A DNA stretch of 63,890 nucleotides, counting the filler, from Octopus bimaculoides (lineage: Eukaryota): assembly GCF_001194135.2 (NCBI RefSeq). It is 9 parts of 8 records of this genome, joined end to end, with 100 filler letters (N's around TTAATTAATTAA, not from the genome) between each part and the next. Parts side by side here need not be neighbours in the genome. Positions count along the whole stretch, not along the records: positions 1 to 10,589 come from NC_069005.1; 8 more parts are not named here. One strand, written 5' to 3'. Shown here piece by piece: positions 1 to 10,689 of the stretch. The position numbers and the translations under genes are program-made. Under the pieces are notes generated by a model. The model saw only the letters and a list, made by a program, of their open reading frames with translations, searched no databases and was not told where the DNA came from. Within the stretch, counting starts at the first letter, position 1. The number at the start of each line of letters is the position of its first letter.

Positions 1-411
1 AAAAAAAAAAAAAAAAGTATCAACACAGTGGCCCCTTAAATACTTCCCACTCCACCATCGCCAGCACCACCACCATCACCACCACTATTCTTTTTCTCTT
101 CGTTCCCCCACCTCCCAAGCGTTTGCCCCAATTTCTGGTTACCATGGAGCATATGTTTTGCCACAGCTATTGTATGGAGGTGGGGACAGGATGGGTAGGT
201 GGGTCCAGCCGCCTTAAATAAGCTGACGGGTGGACGGGTGGATGGGGAGGGTGAGTGGGAAGCAGAATTATGTTTAAAGTGGCCACCACCCACTGGTCAT
301 GTGTGTGGTTGTGGTGGTATGCCAGCTATTTTGCTCATATAGGGAATGAGGTAGGGGGTTTAGGAGTGTTGCAGTCCCCTCCCCATTTTATGTGACCATG
401 TATGTATGTAT

Positions 412-442
<31 letters not shown>

Positions 443-595
443 GTAAAAGACAGAAAATAGAATTCAGGAGACTATTCCATTTTCTGTCTCCTATTTTTTA
501 TATAAACTCTGTGGATACAAAGGAATTCCTGACATAAATCCTGTAGTTGACATCAGGTAGCCGAAAACTGTGGCAGGGCTTTAAATAGCATACTA

Positions 596-880
596 CATCA
601 TCGTCGTCGTTCAACGTCTGCTTTCCATGCTAGCATGGGTTGGACGATTTGACTGAGGACTGGCGAACCAGATGGCTACACCAGGCTCCAATCTGATTTG
701 GCAGAGTTTCTACAGCTGGATGCCCTTCCTAACGCCAACCACTCAGAGAGTGTAGTGGGTGCTTTTTACGTGCCACCAGCACAAAGGCCAGTCAGGCGGT
801 ACTGGCAACGGCCACGCTGAAAATGGTGTATTTTATGTGCCACCCGCACAAGAGCCAGTCCAGGGGCACTGGCAACGATC
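596..880 (-). mobile_element. SINE-like repeat, family E (central GGAAGGGCATCCAGC domain, (GAT)n tail)
   Basis: Near-identical to 51748-51906 and to the reverse complement of 10285-10589. Has a (CAT)n tail on + and internal GCCAGT..ACTGGC hairpin modules. Confidence 0.8.
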
Positions 881-1109
881 TGTCCTTACACATGCCGCGG
901 GCACAAGTGTCAAATATAAAATTAACGTGCAAGTCGCTGAGCACTCCACACATACAAATACATGTGCACGCACACACACACACACACACAGAGAAATGCA
1001 CACATACACAAATGCATGCAAGTACACACAAATGCACACGCACAAACGCACATATAAACCTGCATGCATACACTCATGCACAAACACACACGCATGCATG
1101 CACGCATAC

Positions 1110-1344
1110 ATGTATCTTTTACTCGTTTGGCCATGCTGGAGCACTGCTTTGAAGTGGTTTAGTCAAACAGATCAACCCCAGTGCTTATCTTTTTTTTCTT
1201 TTGTTGTCTTTTTGCCAGAGCACTTAGTTAAAGGGCCATAAACAAACCTACACCGTTTATCAAGTGGTATTGGGGAAAAAATGCAAAACAAAGGCACACA
1301 TATAGGTATATACTTATACATACATATATATATATATATATATG

Positions 1345-1380
<36 letters not shown>

Positions 1381-1515
1381 AGGCTTCTCCCAGCTTCCGT
1401 TTTACCAGATGCTCTTGGGGTTATAGTAGAAAACACTTGCCCAAGGTGCCACACAGTGGAACTGAACCTGGAACCATGTAGTTGGGAAGCAATCTTCTCA
1501 CCATACAGCCACACC
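1110..1515 (-). mobile_element. tRNA-derived SINE family A, degenerate full-length copy
   Basis: Head with CCTTGGGCAAGTG at 1376-1515, (TA)n spacer at 1315-1375, diverged 3' half ending GCATGGCC..GTAAAAGA. Confidence 0.7.
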
Positions 1516-1527
1516 TGAACCTATTCT

Positions 1528-1738
1528 CTTATTCTCTCACTTGTTTCAGTCATTTGACTGCGGCCATGCTGGAGCACCGCCTTTAGTCGAGCAAATCGAA
1601 CCCAGGACTTATTCTTTGTAAACCTGGTACTTATTCTGTCGTTCAATTTTGCCGAACCGCTGAGTTACGGGGACGTAAACGCAGCAGCATCGGTTGTCAA
1701 GCAATGTCTTGGGTGGGGGGAGACAAACACAGACACAC
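1528..1738 (-). mobile_element. SINE family A 3' half
   Basis: Reverse complement of the 3' module at 2750-2944. Confidence 0.85.
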
Positions 1739-1759
1739 AAATAGATGTGTGTGTATGTC

Positions 1760-1803
<44 letters not shown>

Positions 1804-1860
1804 CATATATATATACATGAGTCCCTCATGGAGTGAGGCATTATTGTATAGTAATGCCCT

Positions 1861-1918
<58 letters not shown>

Positions 1919-2026
1919 TAAAATTCGATTAGATGTTATGTTAACCTCATTGAGGGATGTTTTCATCCAAGGAAATACTGGTTCAATTCCTAGTATTTTG
2001 GGAGAATTAATTTCCTTAAAATAATA

Positions 2027-2217
2027 GGTGTATATATAAAAACAGTTTATATTTATATAAAAGAAGATAATGAAAATGGAGAATGGGAAGTTAATAATTG
2101 TTTATTATTAACAGCTGTAAGGGATGCTGATTAATTTGTTGTTAATAATAAACAATTAACTTCCTAATCTCCACTTTCTTTTCCTTCTTTTATATTTATA
2201 TATATAAATAACACACC
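2027..2217. repeat. Fold-back (imperfect inverted repeat) element
   Basis: AATTGTTTATTATTAACAGC (2096-2115) pairs with GTTGTTAATAATAAACAATT (2138-2157). Outer TATAAAAGAAG pairs with CTTCTTTTATA. Confidence 0.7.
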
Positions 2218-2224
2218 CACACAC

Positions 2225-2350
2225 AGACATTAGGCTTCTTTCAGTTTCCGTTGACCAAATTCACTCACAAGGCTTCGCTTGGGCTGAGGCTTATAGTAGA
2301 AAGACACTTTCCCAAGTGCCATGCAATTGGACTGATCCCAAATCCATGTA
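2225..2350 (-). mobile_element. SINE family A head/CORE-like part
   Basis: Reverse complement of 2580-2710. Confidence 0.85.
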
Positions 2351-2552
2351 GTTGGAAAGTTGTACACAAACTCCCTTTTTCTCTCACGTACCCACTCTCT
2401 CTCTCTCTCTCTCTCTTTGCCACCACCCTCACCATCTGTATGCCTATTATTACTCTCACCCCAGCATGAGGAAGTGTCACTGAATAGTGAGAGGGGAGGG
2501 TCAAAGTGTGACACACTGACACACAGAAATTAGTTTTCACATTAATTATATA

Positions 2553-2944
2553 GGCGCAGGAGTGGCTGCATGGTAAGTAGCTTGCTTACCAACCACATGG
2601 TTCCGGGTTCAGTCCCACTGTGTGGCACCTTGGGCAAGTGTCTTCTACTATAGCCTCGGGCCGACCAAAGCCTTGTGAGTGAATTTGGTAGACGGAAACT
2701 GAAAGAAGCCCGTCGTATATATATATATATGTATATGTATGTGTGTTTGTGTGTCTGTGTTTGTCCCCCCAGCATTGCTTGACAACCAATGCTGGTGTGT
2801 TTACGTCCCCGTCACTTAGCGGTTTGACAAAAGAGTGCGATAGAATAAGTACTAGGCTTACAAAGAATAAGTCCTGGGGTCGATTTGCTCGACTAAAGGC
2901 GGTGCTCCAGCATGGCCGCAGTCAAATGACGGAAACAAATAAAG
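2553..2944 (+). mobile_element. SINE family A, full length
   Basis: A-box-like TGGCTGCATGGT, B-box-like GGTTCAGTCCC, CORE-like CCTTGGGCAAGT, internal (TA)/(TG) spacer, 3' module. More than ten related copies in the window. Confidence 0.9.
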
Positions 2945-2996
2945 NNNNNNNNNNNNNNNNNNNNNNNNNNNNNNNNNNNNNNNNNNNNNTTATATA

Positions 2997-3399
2997 GGCG
3001 CAGGAGTGGCTGCATGGTAAGTAGCTTGCTTACCAACCACATGGTTCCGGGTTCAGTCCCACTGTGTGGCACCTTGGGCAAGTGTCTTCTACTATAGCCT
3101 CGGGCCGACCAAAGCCTTGTGAGTGAATTTGGTAGACGGAAACTGAAAGAAGCCCGTCGTATATATATATATATGTATATGTATGTGTGTTTGTGTGTCT
3201 GTGTTTGTCCCCCCAGCATTGCTTGACAACCAATGCTGGTGTGTTTACGTCCCCGTCACTTAGCGGTTTGACAAAAGAGTGCGATAGAATAAGTACTAGG
3301 CTTACAAAGAATAAGTCCTGGGGTCGATTTGCTCGACTAAAGGCGGTGCTCCAGCATGGCCGCAGTCAAATGACGGAAACAAATAAAGAAGTAAAAGAG
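2997..3399 (+). mobile_element. SINE family A, identical duplicate across a gap (probable assembly duplication)
   Basis: Appears identical by eye to 2553-2944, separated by a 45-N gap. Confidence 0.85.
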
Positions 3400-4016
3400 T
3401 ATACACACACTGACACACATACATACTTATATAGTTATATATACACACACACACACACATATATACGTATATACAAACATGTACTTACATATGCGCACAT
3501 AGATATAGCTAACCATGTGTTTGTTCCGGTGTACAAATGGTAGGAGGTGGCTGAGGGAGATATTGAAATACATGTAGCAAAGATAATTTAATCATTCAAG
3601 GCTAATGAGTAATTCATTGTGAAGAAATATTTATCTCCGCACCCTTCCCCTCACCCACCCACCCACCTTTTGACTGCTCACTCCTTATTTCCTGTATCTT
3701 TAGCATATTTGCTAACTACACACACACACACACCTACACACACCCACACATATGCACACAGGACATGGGTGCACACACACACACACACATGAAGAATTAT
3801 ACGTATACACACACACATATGTATGCGTAAAATAACCACATGTAACCAGGCAAAAGGATTATGAGGGTAGCTTAGCAACCATCCACATGGTGTTTGGGCT
3901 TCGTCTCACCACGGGACACCTTGGGTGAGCATCACCTACTATTGCCCTGGTTCAGGCCTGACCTTATCCTTGTGAGTGGATTTGCTTGATGGAAACTATT
4001 TGGGCCAGAAGACGGT

Positions 4017-4250
4017 AAGCTGGCAGAAACGTTAGCACGCCGGACGAAATGCTTAGCGGTATTTCGTCTGCTGTTACGTTCTGAGTTCAAATTCCACCAA
4101 GGTCGACTTTGCCTTTCATCCTTTCGGGGGGGTCGATAAATCAAGTACCAGTTACGCACTGGGGTCGATGGAATCGACTTAATCCCTTTGTCTGTCCTTG
4201 TTTGTCCCCTCTATGTTTAGCCCCTTGTGGGCAGTAAAGAAATAGGAAAC
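4017..4250 (+). mobile_element. tRNA-derived SINE family D with Nin/Deu-like domain
   Basis: GAGTTCAAATTCC B box followed by GCCTTTCATCCTTTCGGGG..TCGATAAA..AAGTACC. Second copy at 31434-31655. Confidence 0.8.
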
Positions 4251-4267
4251 TATTTGGGCTAGATATG

Positions 4268-4820
4268 TTGTTGTTGTTCGTTCCTTCTCAAGCCATGCCT
4301 GGCTCAGAAGGGCCAGTTTCCTGGTTTCATTGGCGAATGGGTTTCCCACCTGGATGGGATGCCAGTCCATCACAGGTGAGCAGCTAGGTACAGGACGAAA
4401 GAGCGAGAGAGAGAGAGTTGTGACGAAAGAGTCAGCNNNNNNNNNNCCTCTATGTTTAGCCCCTTGTGGGCAGTAAAGAAATAGGAAACTATTTGGGCTA
4501 GATATGTTGTTGTTGTTCGTTCCTTCTCAAGCCATGCCTGGCTCAGAAGGGCCAGTTTCCTGGTTTCATTGGCGAATGGGTTTCCCACCTGGATGGGATG
4601 CCAGTCCATCACAGGTGAGCAGCTAGGTACAGGACGAAAGAGCGAGAGAGAGAGAGTTGTGACGAAAGAGTCAGCAGAAGTTCTCCGTTACCTTCTGCCA
4701 GAGCCGCGTGGAGCTTAGGTGTTTCGCTCATAAACACACTTATTGCCCAGTCTGAGATTCGAACCAGCAACTGCTCGGCTGCAAGTCCGCTGCTCTAACC
4801 ACTAAGCCAAATGCCTCCAC
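4268..4820 (-). mobile_element. tRNA-derived SINE related to family B (partly duplicated around an 11-N gap)
   Basis: Head resembles family B. The 3' domain CCTGTGATGGACTGGCATCCCATCCAGG ends in (AAC)n. Confidence 0.7.
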
Positions 4821-4999
4821 AGAGCCAGATATGGTTAGTTTAAATGGTAAAAGATTAAGGAGTTAGTTGTTTGATCGATTCAAGACCAATACTTATCTTT
4901 TAAGTTTGCCACTTATTCTACCAGACTCTTTTGCTGAACCACTAAATTACAAGGATGTAAACAAACCAACACCATTTGTCAAGTGGTGATGGTGGACGA

Positions 5000-5037
<38 letters not shown>

Positions 5038-5324
5038 TGTATGTTTGTACATATATGTTAATTCTTCCATATAAGGACGGTCGTTGAGAAACATGTGGAA
5101 TTGTAGAAAATACTACTTTTTTATTCTTTCACTCATTTTAGCCTGTGAGCTATGGCCATGCTGGAGTACTATCAATCTTGAGCATTTTTCCCGTCTTACT
5201 CAAAATAAGTTAATCTCATTTCTAAATCCCTACACACAGTTTCTGTCTTCCAAATCCTCTCATTAGGCTTTTGGTCAACCTGGAGCTATTATAGAAAACA
5301 CTTGCCTAAGGTACATTACTCTCT

Positions 5325-5525
5325 CTTTACTCTCTTTTACTTGTTTCAGTCATTTGACTGCGGCCATGCTGGAGCACCGCCTTTAGTCGAACAAATCGAT
5401 CCCAGGACTTATTCTTTGGAAGCCTAATACTTATTCTATCGGTCTCTTTTGCTGAACTGCTAATTGATGGGGACGTAAACACACCAGCATCGGTTGCCAA
5501 GCGACATTGGGGGGACAAACACAGA
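5325..5525 (-). mobile_element. SINE family A 3' half
   Basis: Reverse complement of 6890-7098. Confidence 0.85.
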
Positions 5526-6062
5526 TACACGAACATATACACACATACACACACACACACACACACACANNNNNNNNNNNNNNNNNNNNNNNNNNNNNNN
5601 NNNNNNNNNNNNNNNNNNNNNNNNNNNNNNNNNNNNNNNNNNNNNNNNNNNNNNNNNNNNNNNNNNNNNNNNNNNNNNNNNNNNNNNNNNNNNNNNNNNN
5701 NNNNNNNNNNNNNNNNNNNNNNNNNNNNNNNNNNNNNNNNNNNNNNNNNNNNNNNNNNNNNNNNNNNNNNNNNNNNNNNNNNNNNNNNNNNNNNNNNNNN
5801 NNNNNNNNNNNNNNNNNNNNNNNNNNNNNNNNNNNNNNNNNNNNNNNNNNNNNNNNNNNNNNNNNNNNNNNNNNNNNNNNNNNNNNNNNNNNNNNNNNNN
5901 NNNNNNNNNNNNNNNNNNNNNNNNNNNNNNNNNNNNNNNNNNNNNNNNNNNNNNNNNNNNNNNNNNNNNNNNNNNNNNNNNNNNNNNNNNNNNNNNNNNN
6001 NNNNNNNNNNNNNNNNNNNNNNNNNNNNNNNNNNNNNNNNNNNNNNNNNNNNNNNNNCCCAA

Positions 6063-6108
6063 GACACCTGATGAAGGCTGGAGGGTATATCAGTCGAAAT
6101 GTTGTGTT
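6063..6108 (+). ncRNA. Minimal type I hammerhead ribozyme motif (PLE-type)
   Basis: Stem I GACAC/GTGTT, CTGATGA at 6068-6074, stem II GGCTG/CAGTC, GAAA at 6096-6099. Short stem III ATGT (ACGT palindrome with C>T), H17=U at 6103. Confidence 0.65.
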
Positions 6109-6686
6109 AACAACAAACAAGATGAGGACAAATATCCGTCAACTGTAAATAATGTACATAATTTCTTGTCTCTTTAATATAGAACTGTACTTGCCTAAGG
6201 TGCTGCACAGTGGGACTGAACCCAATACCACATGGTTTGAAAGCAAGCTTCTTAACCACACAGTCATGCTTGTACTTACGGTTTAGTAGTTCACTTCACA
6301 ACCCCCATGGTCTCAGGTTTGATCCTCATGCATAGCACTTTGACCGAAAGTCTTCTAAGCATAATTTTGGTTTGACCCCTTAGCACCTTGCGAGTGAAAT
6401 TTGGTAGCGGGAAGAAAACAAAGAAAAAAAGAAATAGCGTCGTTAGAAATTGGGAATCGCAGTAAATGGTAAATAGCAAAGATAACAACTAGTATCTGAA
6501 TAAATTGGAGCCAGTCTGGTTTCTATTGGCAAATAAAGAAAACAGCAAATATAAAAGTGGTTGATAAAATCATTAATTTAGATAAGTTTATGTGTTATGA
6601 GGAGGGGTAGAGAATTCTAATGGTTTGAGTATGTACCATTTTTTTTTTGAAAGGGAAGAAAAAAACCCCCCTGATGTTTCAATATA

Positions 6687-7098
6687 GGCGCAGGAATAGC
6701 TGTGTGGTTAGTAGCTTGCTTACCAACCACATGGTTCCGGGTTCAGTCCCACTGCGTGGCACCTTGGGCAAGTGTCTTCTACTATAGCCTCGGGCCGACC
6801 AAAGCCTTGTGAGTGGATTTGGTAGACAGAAACTGAAAGAAGCCCGTCGTATATATGTATGTATATATATATATATATATGTGTGTTTGTGTGTCTGTGT
6901 TTGTCCCCCCACCATCGCTTGACAACCGATGCTGGTGTGTTTACATCCCCGTAACTTAGCGGTTCGACAAAAAGAGACTGATAGAATAAGTACTAGGCTT
7001 ACAAAGAATAAGTCCTGGAGTCGATTTTCTCGACTAAAGGCAGTGCTCCAGCATGGCCGCAGTCAAAAATGACTGAAACAAGTAAAAGAGTAAAGAGT
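6687..7098 (+). mobile_element. SINE family A, full length
   Basis: Same modules as 2553-2944, with GTAAAAGA tail. Confidence 0.9.
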
Positions 7099-7248
7099 AT
7101 AGAGTATGTTAGTTATGTTCTGTAGCCATTAATGTCTAATGCCTCCAAAAGAGGAGGGCTAGACATTTGTGTCTTCAGAACAGAAGAGTCAGACATTTGT
7201 GTCGCCAAAACAGAAGAATCAGTCGGTTGTATCTCCAACAGAAGTTAA

Positions 7249-7372
7249 CCTTTAGCACACTGAACGCAAATCATGTCACCGTGAGAGTTTTCTCCCCTCT
7301 CAGTGAGACCCAATGCACTTGCATGGAGAGAAAACTTGTACAACAACAATTTGTCTTCAGCGTGCTAAAAGT
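7249..7372. mobile_element. Small piggyBac-like MITE
   Basis: TTAA before a CCTTTAGCACACTGAA / TTCAGCGTGCTAAAAG inverted pair. Internal AGTTTTCTC/GAGAAAACT inverted repeat. Confidence 0.6.
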
Positions 7373-7514
7373 TTACCATGTATTATCTCATAGCTTTGAG
7401 ATTTTGATGGTATGTGTTTTTTTTACCCAACATTGTAAGGTAGGTGTGAGAAGCCAGATCTGGTCAGTTTGAACACAAAATGGAGAATATTTGGACCGGA
7501 TGTGACCGCTTTAA

Positions 7515-8103
7515 CACTTTAGCATCCAAATTACTCTGTTAAATGTAATGCTTATTTATTCACATCATTGTTGTTGGCACTCCATCGCTTACGATGTCAA
7601 GGGTTCCAGTTGATCCAATCAACGGAACAGCCTGCTCGTGAAATTAACGTGCAAGTGACTGAGCACTCCACAGACACGTGTACCCTTAACGTAGTTCTCG
7701 GGGATATTCAGCGTAACACAAAGTGTGACAAGGCCGGCCCTTGGAATTACAGGCACAACAGAAACAGGAAGTAAGAGTGAGAGAAAGTTGTGGTGAAAGA
7801 GTACAGCAGGGTTCGCCACCATCCCCTGCTGGAGCCTCGTGGAGCTTTAGGTGTTTTCGCTCAATAAACACTCACAACGCCCGGTCTGGGAATCGAAACC
7901 GCGATCCTATGACCGCGAGTCTGCTGCCCTAACCACTGGGCCATTTGTTCACATGGTTTTGAATTAATCATGCATTATCTCGTAGCTATGAGGTTCCAAT
8001 GATGTGTTTGTTTATTTTGTGTAAGAGGCCAGAGGTGGCCATTTTTTTCATAAAACAGATTGAATATTTGGGCCACTTTTGACTGGTTTTTAATGCTAAA
8101 GGG
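7515..8103. mobile_element. piggyBac-like MITE interrupted by a family B SINE
   Basis: TTAA-CACTTTAGCAT ... ATGCTAAAGGG-TTAA termini. Its right half matches 7376-7510. Confidence 0.7.
7567..7944 (-). mobile_element. tRNA-derived SINE family B
   Basis: B box GGTTTCGATTCC, (AAC)n tail, TTCACAT target duplication. Matches 14630-14943 and 52803-53238. Confidence 0.9.
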
Positions 8104-8529
8104 TTAATTAGTTCTAATTAGTTGTAATAAATTGTAGAATGATAATTAAATTATGCATTAATGGGTTAAAACAACTGAGTGTATATTTTTCAGTGCGTGT
8201 ATGAGAACGTGGTGAGTTATGAGAATTGTTAGGAAGTCATACAAAATGTGTCTCAGTATCTGTTTTGACTCATTAGATTCTGAGTTCAAACTCCACTAAG
8301 TTCAACTTTGGCTTTCATCCGTCTGGATTTTATAAAATGAAATAGAAGTCCAGGGCAGTGAACTAGTGAAATTGTTTGGTAAAGCTTAGGACAAAATGCT
8401 TTCTGGTTCTCCATGATCTGACTATCCCAGGTAGATGTGGCAAACTTGCCTGTATCTAAGCAACATGTGGACATGTCTTTTTCTTTCTCTCAAAGTTTAT
8501 AAATTTTTAGGATATCAGTAATAAATATA

Positions 8530-8718
8530 TCATCATCATCATCATTTAGTATCCGTTTTCCGTGCTGGTGTGGGTTAGACAGTTTGACTGGAACTTGGTA
8601 AGCATGAGAGCTGCACTAGGCTCCAGTCTGTTTTGGCTTGGTTTCTATGGCTGGATGCCCTTCCTAATGCCAACCGCTCCACAGAGTGCACCAGGTGCCT
8701 TCTACGTGTCATCAGCAC
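8530..8718 (-). mobile_element. SINE-like family E, diverged copy
   Basis: (CAT)n tail and GCTGGATGCCCTTCCTAATGCCAACC. Confidence 0.75.
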
Positions 8719-8972
8719 TACTCAAAATAAGTTCATACCATTTCTTTAATCATAACAATGTATATAGCCTGTCTCTCCAGTTTCCATAGTATTAAGATAA
8801 TGAGAGATAATCATGGCCCTGGATAGAATGCTAGTCGATCACAGGTAACTTCTCCCTTAGAGAAGGAATTACAATCAGTATTGCTAATTAATGATGATTG
8901 CAGTTTCTTTGCGTCTGAAAATCATGAAGAAGAGTGGCATATCTTCAAATGTCTATGTAAATTGACACTTGT

Positions 8973-9200
8973 GAAGGCGCATGGCTCAGTGGTTAGAGCG
9001 TCAGGTTCACAATCATGAGGTAGTGAGTTCAATTCCTGGACCGGGCTGTATTGTGTTCTTGAGCAAGACACTTTATTTCAAGTTGCTCCAGTTCACTCAG
9101 CTGTAGAAATGAGTTGCAACATCATCACTGGGGCCAAGCTGTATCGGCCCCTTTGCTTTCCCTTGGATAACATCGATGGCACGGAGAAGGGAGACTGGTA
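8973..9200 (+). mobile_element. tRNA-derived CORE-like SINE family C
   Basis: TGGCTCAGTGGTTAGAGCG A box, GAGTTCAATTCC B box, CTTGAGCAAGACACT CORE-like motif. Confidence 0.8.
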
Positions 9201-9214
9201 TGCATAGGCACTGT

Positions 9215-9372
9215 TTTTCAAAATAGTTTCCGTCTACCAAATCTACTCACAAGGCTTTGGTCGGCCCGAGGCTATAGTAGAAGACACTTGCCCAAGGTGC
9301 CATGCAGTGAGACTGAACCCGGAACCATGTGGTTGGTAAGCAAGCTACTTACCACACAGCCACTCCTACGCC
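9215..9372 (-). mobile_element. SINE family A head/CORE-like part
   Basis: Reverse complement of 2553-2705. Confidence 0.88.
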
Positions 9373-9431
9373 TTGTGAATTTTGGTTTGAAAAATTTGGC
9401 TTGTATGCCAGAATATACAACCACTTACATA

Positions 9432-9876
9432 CCATGTCTTCCAGCATACAAATTGTGATATATATACTGTAAACATTTAAGCATCATCTCTCTCTTTCCA
9501 AATTCTGTTGCATTTTGCATGGGATTTTTGGTTTTCCAAAATCATCTTGGTATATAAGTCAACGTACCTTTTTTTTTTTTATTGTAAATTTTGGTCTGAA
9601 AAATTCAGCTGATATGCCATAATATACAATGCATATTCTTTCACATACACATTCTCTCAACTCTTATGTACCATTATCTTCCAGCATACAAGTCGACATA
9701 CTATATAGTGTAAACATTCAAATATTGTTATCTTTCCAAATTCTGGTAGATTTCACATGGAATTTTTAGCCGTCCAAAGTTGTCTGGGTGTTTAAGTCGA
9801 CCTAGCTTCTTTTTTGTTAATTGTTTTGCCGTAAACATTAGATGGAAAACTTCGACTTGTAGGCCAGAAAATATGG
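9432..9876. mobile_element. Two tandem pogo/Tc1-type MITEs (about 200 bp each), with a third partial end at 9375-9420
   Basis: 9671-9876 has termini TA-CCATTATCTTCCAGCATACAAGTCGAC and TCGACTTGTAGGCCAGAAAATATGG-TA. 9432-9630 is a diverged copy. Confidence 0.55.
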
Positions 9877-9911
9877 TAAATTTCAATAATGTCCGACTCT
9901 TTCATACAAGC

Positions 9912-9942
<31 letters not shown>

Positions 9943-10284
9943 TAATGCTGTCCAGCCTCTTGACCCAGAAAAGCTGTGTGTGTATGTGTGCATGCATATA
10001 TGTGTGTGTATACATGTGTGTATGTATACATATTTATGTGTGTGTGTATATGGTACAGAGAATGTGTGCATATGTATGTATGTGTGTGTGAATGTGTTCA
10101 CTTTCATACAGAGGTTATGGGTGTGTATGTAACCTTATATATGCATGTGTGAATAATGTCCAGTCACTTGATACAGGGTGTGTGTGTGTGTGTGTGTGTG
10201 TGAACAATATCTTGTCTTTTTAATAAGTGGGTTATGTGTGAGTAGTTGATTAAATGGTATCTAGTTATTTGAGGCAGAAACCAT

Positions 10285-10589
10285 ATGTATGTGCGTCTGG
10301 GACCGAGACCTTTGGAAATGGGCTGTGCGTGAGAAGACCCGGCAAGCCAAGTAAGATCGTTGCCAGTGCCCCTGGACTGGTTCTTGTGCGGGTGGCACAT
10401 GAGATGCACCATTTTGAGCGTGGCCGTTGCCAGTACCGCCTGACTGGCTCCTGTAGGATTTTCGAGCGAGATCGTTGCCAGTGCCCCTGGACTGGCTTGT
10501 GCGGGTGGCACATAAAAGACACCATTTCGAGCGTGGCCGTTTTCGTGCGGGTGACACGTAAAAGCACCCACTACACTCTCTGAGTGGTT
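10285..10589 (+). mobile_element. SINE-like family E, 5' portion with repeated hairpin modules
   Basis: Reverse complement of 730-880, with an extra GATCGTTGCCAGTGCCCCTGGACTGG module. Truncated by a gap. Confidence 0.8.
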
Positions 10590-10689
10590 NNNNNNNNNNN
10601 NNNNNNNNNNNNNNNNNNNNNNNNNNNNNNNNNTTAATTAATTAANNNNNNNNNNNNNNNNNNNNNNNNNNNNNNNNNNNNNNNNNNNN
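10590..10689. other. Scaffolding gap with artificial six-frame-stop linker (44N-TTAATTAATTAA-44N); 8 such in the window
   Basis: Identical 12-mer centred in 100-bp N gaps at 10634, 19110, 28068, 38234, 42756, 47982, 51951, 55578. Confidence 0.95.

Noticed and set aside
2546-3388. Exact 400-bp tandem duplication (also 4205-4680 and 35978-36470)
   Set aside because: Identical copies flank short N gaps, typical of unmerged overlapping contig ends.
2553-9060. tRNA-like A/B box segments
   Set aside because: They are SINE heads continuing into repeat bodies, with no complete cloverleaf or acceptor stem.
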